Shown here: positions 59,690-64,000 of the stretch, in pieces
Layout: each line of letters begins with the position of its first letter
Position numbering within the stretch: the stretch's first letter is position 1
Assembly (NCBI RefSeq): GCF_035084215.1
Contig: NC_090336.1
Span: forward strand, 22,444,001 to 22,508,000
DNA length: 64,000 nt
From: Heptranchias perlo
Taxonomy: Eukaryota
Reading direction: 5' to 3'
Made by a program: the position numbers and the translations under genes
The notes under the pieces: model-generated
Databases searched by the model: none
What the model saw: only the letters and a program-made list of their open reading frames with translations
Told to the model about the DNA's origin: nothing

Positions 59690-62600
59690 GTGATCGGGAG
59701 TGGAGAGTGATCGGGAGTGGAGAGTGAGGAGTGATCGGGAGTGGAGAGTGAGGAGTGATCGGGAGTGGAGAGTGATCGGGAGTGGAGAGTGATCGGGAGT
59801 GGAGAGTGAGGAGTGATCGGGAGTGGAGAGTGATCGGGAGTGGAGAGTGAGGAGTGATCGGGAGTGGAGAGTGAGGAGTGATCGGGAGTGGAGAGTGAGG
59901 AGTGATCGGGAGTGGAGAGTGATCGGGAGTGGAGAGTGAGGAGTGATCGGGAGTGGAGAGTGAGGAGTGATCGGGAGTGGAGAGTGAGGAGTGATCGGGA
60001 GTGGAGAGTGATCGGGAGTGGAGAGTGAGGAGTGATCGGGAGTGGAGAGTGATTGGGGGTAGAGAGTGATCGGGGGTGGAGGGTGATTGGGGGTAGAGAG
60101 TGATCGGGGGTGGAGAGTGATCGGGGGTAGAGGGTGATCGGGGGTGGAGAGTGATCGGGAGTGGAGAGTGAGGAGTGATCGGGAGTGGAGGGTGATTGGG
60201 GGTAGAGAGTGATCGGGAGTGGAGGGTGATTGGGGGTAGAGAGTGATCGGGGGTGGAGAGTGATCGGGGGTAGAGGGTGATCGGGGGTGGAGAGTGATCG
60301 GGGGTAGAGGGTGATCGGGAGTGGAGAGTGATCGGGAGTGGAGGGTGATCGGGGGTGGAGAGTGATCGGGAGTGGAGAGTGATCGGGGGTAGAGGGTGAT
60401 CGGGAGTGGAGAGTGAGCGGGAGTGGAGAGTGATTGGGAGTGGAGGGTGATCGGGGGTAGAGGGTGATCGGGAGTGGAGAGTGATCGGGGGTAGAGGGTG
60501 ATCGGGAGTGGAGAGTGATCGGGAGTAGAGGGTGATCGGGAGTGGAGAGTGAGCGGGAGTAGAGGGTGATCGGGAGTGGAGAGTGAGCGGGAGTGGAGAG
60601 TGATTGGGAGTGGAGGGTGATCGGGGGTAGAGGGTGATCGGGAGTGGAGGGTGATCGGGAGTGGAGAGTGATCGGGAGTAGAGGGTGATCGGGAGTGGAG
60701 AGTGAGCGGGAGTGGAGAGTGATTGGGAGTGGAGGGTGATCGGGGGTAGAGGGTGATCGGGAGTGGAGAGTGATCGGGGGTAGAGGGTGATCGGGAGTGG
60801 AGAGTGATCGGGGGTAGAGAGTGATCGGGAGTGGAGAGTGATCGGGAGTGGAGAGTGATGGGGTGTAGAGAGTGATCGGGAGTGGAGAGTGATCGGGGGT
60901 AGAGGGTGATCGGGAGTGGAGAGTGATCGGGGGTAGAGAGTGATCGGGGGTAGAGGGTGATCGGGAGTGGAGAGTGATCGGGGGTAGAGAGTGATCGGGG
61001 GGCAGAGGGTGATCGGGAGTGGAGAGTGATCGGGAGTGGAGAGTGATCGGGGGGAGAGAGTGATCGGGGGTAGAGAGTGATCGGGAGTGGAGAGTGATCG
61101 GGGGAGAGGGTGATCGGGGGTAGAGAGTGATCGGGTGCAGAGAGTGATCGGGGGTAGAGAGTGATCGGGAGTGGAGAGTGATCGGGGGTAGAGAGTGATC
61201 GGGAGTGGAGAGTGATCGGGGGTGGAGGGTGATCGGGAGTGGAGAGTGATCGGGGGTAGAGAGTGATCGGGGGGTAGAGGGTGATCGGGAGTGGAGAGTG
61301 ATCGGGGGTAGAGGGTGATCGGGGGTAGAGAGTGATCGGGAGTAGAGGGTGATCGGGGGTGGAGGGTGATCGGGGGTAGAGAGTGATCGGGAGTGGAGAG
61401 TGATCGGGAGTGGAGAGTGATCGGGGGTAGAGAGTGATCGGGAGTGGAGAGTGATCGGGAGTGGAGAGTGATCGGGGGTAGAGAGTGATCGGGAGTGGAG
61501 AGTGATCGGGAGTGGAGAGTGATTGGGGGTAGAGAGTGATCGGGGGTGGAGAGTGATCGGGGGTAGAGGGTGATCGGGGGTGGAGAGTGATCGGGAGTGG
61601 AGAGTGAGGAGTGATCGGGAGTGGAGGGTGATTGGGGGTAGAGAGTGATCGGGAGTGGAGGGTGATTGGGGGTAGAGAGTGATCGGGGGTGGAGAGTGAT
61701 CGGGGGTAGAGGGTGATCGGGGGTGGAGAGTGATCGGGGGTAGAGGGTGATCGGGAGTGGAGAGTGATCGGGAGTGGAGGGTGATCGGGGGTGGAGAGTG
61801 ATCGGGAGTGGAGAGTGATCGGGGGTAGAGGGTGATCGGGAGTGGAGAGTGAGCGGGAGTGGAGAGTGATTGGGAGTGGAGGGTGATCGGGGGTAGAGGG
61901 TGATCGGGAGTGGAGAGTGATCGGGGGTAGAGGGTGATCGGGAGTGGAGAGTGATCGGGAGTAGAGGGTGATCGGGAGTGGAGAGTGAGCGGGAGTAGAG
62001 GGTGATCGGGAGTGGAGAGTGAGCGGGAGTGGAGAGTGATTGGGAGTGGAGGGTGATCGGGGGTAGAGGGTGATCGGGAGTGGAGGGTGATCGGGAGTGG
62101 AGAGTGATCGGGAGTAGAGGGTGATCGGGAGTGGAGAGTGAGCTGGAGTGGAGAGTGATTGGGAGTGGAGGGTGATCGGGGGTAGAGGGTGATCGGGAGT
62201 GGAGAGTGATCGGGGGTAGAGGGTGATCGGGAGTGGAGAGTGATCGGGGGTAGAGAGTGATCGGGAGTGGAGAGTGATCGGGAGTGGAGAGTGATGGGGG
62301 GTAGAGAGTGATCGGGAGTGGAGAGTGATCGGGGGTAGAGGGTGATCGGGAGTGGAGAGTGATCGGGGGTAGAGAGTGATCGGGGGTAGAGGGTGATCGG
62401 GAGTGGAGAGTGATCGGGGGTAGAGAGTGATCGGGGGGCAGAGGGTGATCGGGAGTGGAGAGTGATCGGGAGTGGAGAGTGATCGGGGGGAGAGAGTGAT
62501 CGGGGGTAGAGAGTGATCGGGAGTGGAGAGTGATCGGGGGAGAGGGTGATCGGGGGTAGAGAGTGATCGGGTGCAGAGAGTGATCGGGGGTAGAGAGTGA

Positions 62601-64000
62601 TCGGGAGTGGAGAGTGATCGGGGGTAGAGAGTGATCGGGAGTGGAGAGTGATCGGGGGTGGAGGGTGATCGGGAGTGGAGAGTGATCGGGGGTAGAGAGT
62701 GATCGGGGGGTAGAGGGTGATCGGGAGTGGAGAGTGATCGGGGGTAGAGGGTGATCGGGGGTAGAGAGTGATCGGGAGTAGAGGGTGATCGGGGGTGGAG
62801 GGTGATCGGGGGTAGAGAGTGATCGGGAGTGGAGAGTGATCGGGAGTGGAGAGTGATCGGGGGTAGAGAGTGATCGGGAGTGGAGAGTGATCGGGAGTGG
62901 AGAGTGATCGGGGGTAGAGAGTGATCGGGAGTGGAGAGTGATCGGGAGTGGAGAGTGATCGGGAGTGGAGAGTGATCGGGGGTAGAGAGTGATCGGGAGT
63001 GGAGAGTGATCGGGGGTAGAGGGTGATCGGGAGTAGAGAGTGATCGGGAGTGGAGAGTGATCGGGGGTAGAGGGTGATCGGGAGTGGAGAGTGATCGGGG
63101 GTAGAGAGTGATCGGGGGGAGAGGGTGATCGGGAGTGGAGAGTGATCGGGGGGAGAGGGTGATCGGGGGGTAGAGGGTGATCGGGAGTGGAGAGTGATCG
63201 GGAGTGGAGAGTGATCGGGGGTAGAGGGTGATCGGGAGTGGAGCGTGATCGGGGGTAGAGAGTGATCGGGGGTAGAGGGTGATCGGGAGTGGAGAGTGAT
63301 CGGGGGTGGAGAGTGATCGGGGGGCAGAGGGTGATCGGGAGAGGAGAGTGATCGGGAGTGGAGAGTGATCGGGGGGAGAGAGTGATCGGGGGTAGAGAGT
63401 GATCGGGAGTGGAGAGTGATCGGGGGAGAGGGTGATCGGGGGTAGAGAGTGATCGGGTGTAGAGAGTGATCGGGGGTAGAGAGTGATCGGGAGTGGAGAG
63501 TGATCGGGGGTAGAGGGTGATCGGGGGTGGAGAGTGATCGGGAGTGGAGAGTGAGGAGTGATCGGGAGTGGAGGGTGATTGGGGGTAGAGAGTGATCGGG
63601 AGTGGAGGGTGATTGGGGGTAGAGAGTGATCGGGGGTGGAGAGTGATCGGGGGTAGAGGGTGATCGGGGGTGGAGAGTGATCGGGGGTAGAGGGTGATCG
63701 GGAGTGGAGAGTGATCGGGAGTGGAGGGTGATCGGGGGTGGAGAGTGATCGGGAGTGGAGAGTGATCGGGGGTAGAGGGTGATCGGGAGTGGAAAGTGAG
63801 CGGGAGTGGAGAGTGATTGGGAGTGGAGGGTGATCGGGGGTAGAGGGTGATCGGGAGTGGAGAGTGATCGGGGGTAGAGGGTGATCGGGAGTGGAGAGTG
63901 ATCGGGAGTAGAGGGTGATCGGGAGTGGAGAGTGAGCGGGAGTAGAGGGTGATCGGGAGTGGAGAGTGAGCGGGAGTGGAGAGTGATTGGGAGTGGAGGG
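59690..64000 (+). repeat. G-rich 17-bp minisatellite (GTGATCGGGRGTRGAGR) with about 1436-bp higher-order repetition; continues past the window end
   Basis: Continuous array; rare variants recur 1436 bp apart (GATGGGG about 60857 and 62293; CGGGTGCAG about 61132 and 62568; GTGAGGAG about 60168 and 61604). Confidence 0.97.

Noticed and set aside
59690-64000. Telomeric repeat
   Set aside because: No TTAGGG units; it is a distinct 17-bp minisatellite.

Overview
Eukaryotic, repeat-rich vertebrate DNA; the CR1/L2/Deu-domain SINE/Penelope repeat content suggests a cartilaginous fish (shark), which is inference. I assembled four spliced genes by hand from GT-AG exons. (1) The 5' part of CYB561A3 on the minus strand: first coding exon 2450-2633, promoter about 5025-5240, remainder runs off the left edge. 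(2) A complete ARMC7 on the plus strand: 3 coding exons, 194 aa. (3) A complete TMEM138 on the plus strand: 4 coding exons, 162 aa, probable first exon at the CpG island about 24.3 kb. (4) A probable 10-nt first coding exon of TMEM216 (59669-59678), followed by more than 4.3 kb of a G-rich 17-bp minisatellite that runs off the right edge. Most long ORFs in the track are fragments of decayed CR1/L2/RTE LINEs. The most notable observations: three minimal type-I hammerhead ribozyme motifs, one in a Penelope GIY-YIG element and two in roughly 110-150-bp non-coding derivatives near promoters; a 57-bp VNTR carrying 8 co-oriented CTCF-like sites between ARMC7 and the TMEM138 promoter; apparent sequence homology between the ARMC7 and TMEM138 promoters, with ARMC7 sitting between CYB561A3 and TMEM138; a spliced uORF ending 7 nt before the TMEM138 ATG; and a local inverted duplication in TMEM138 intron 3. 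Exon coordinates were counted by hand; repeat boundaries are approximate.
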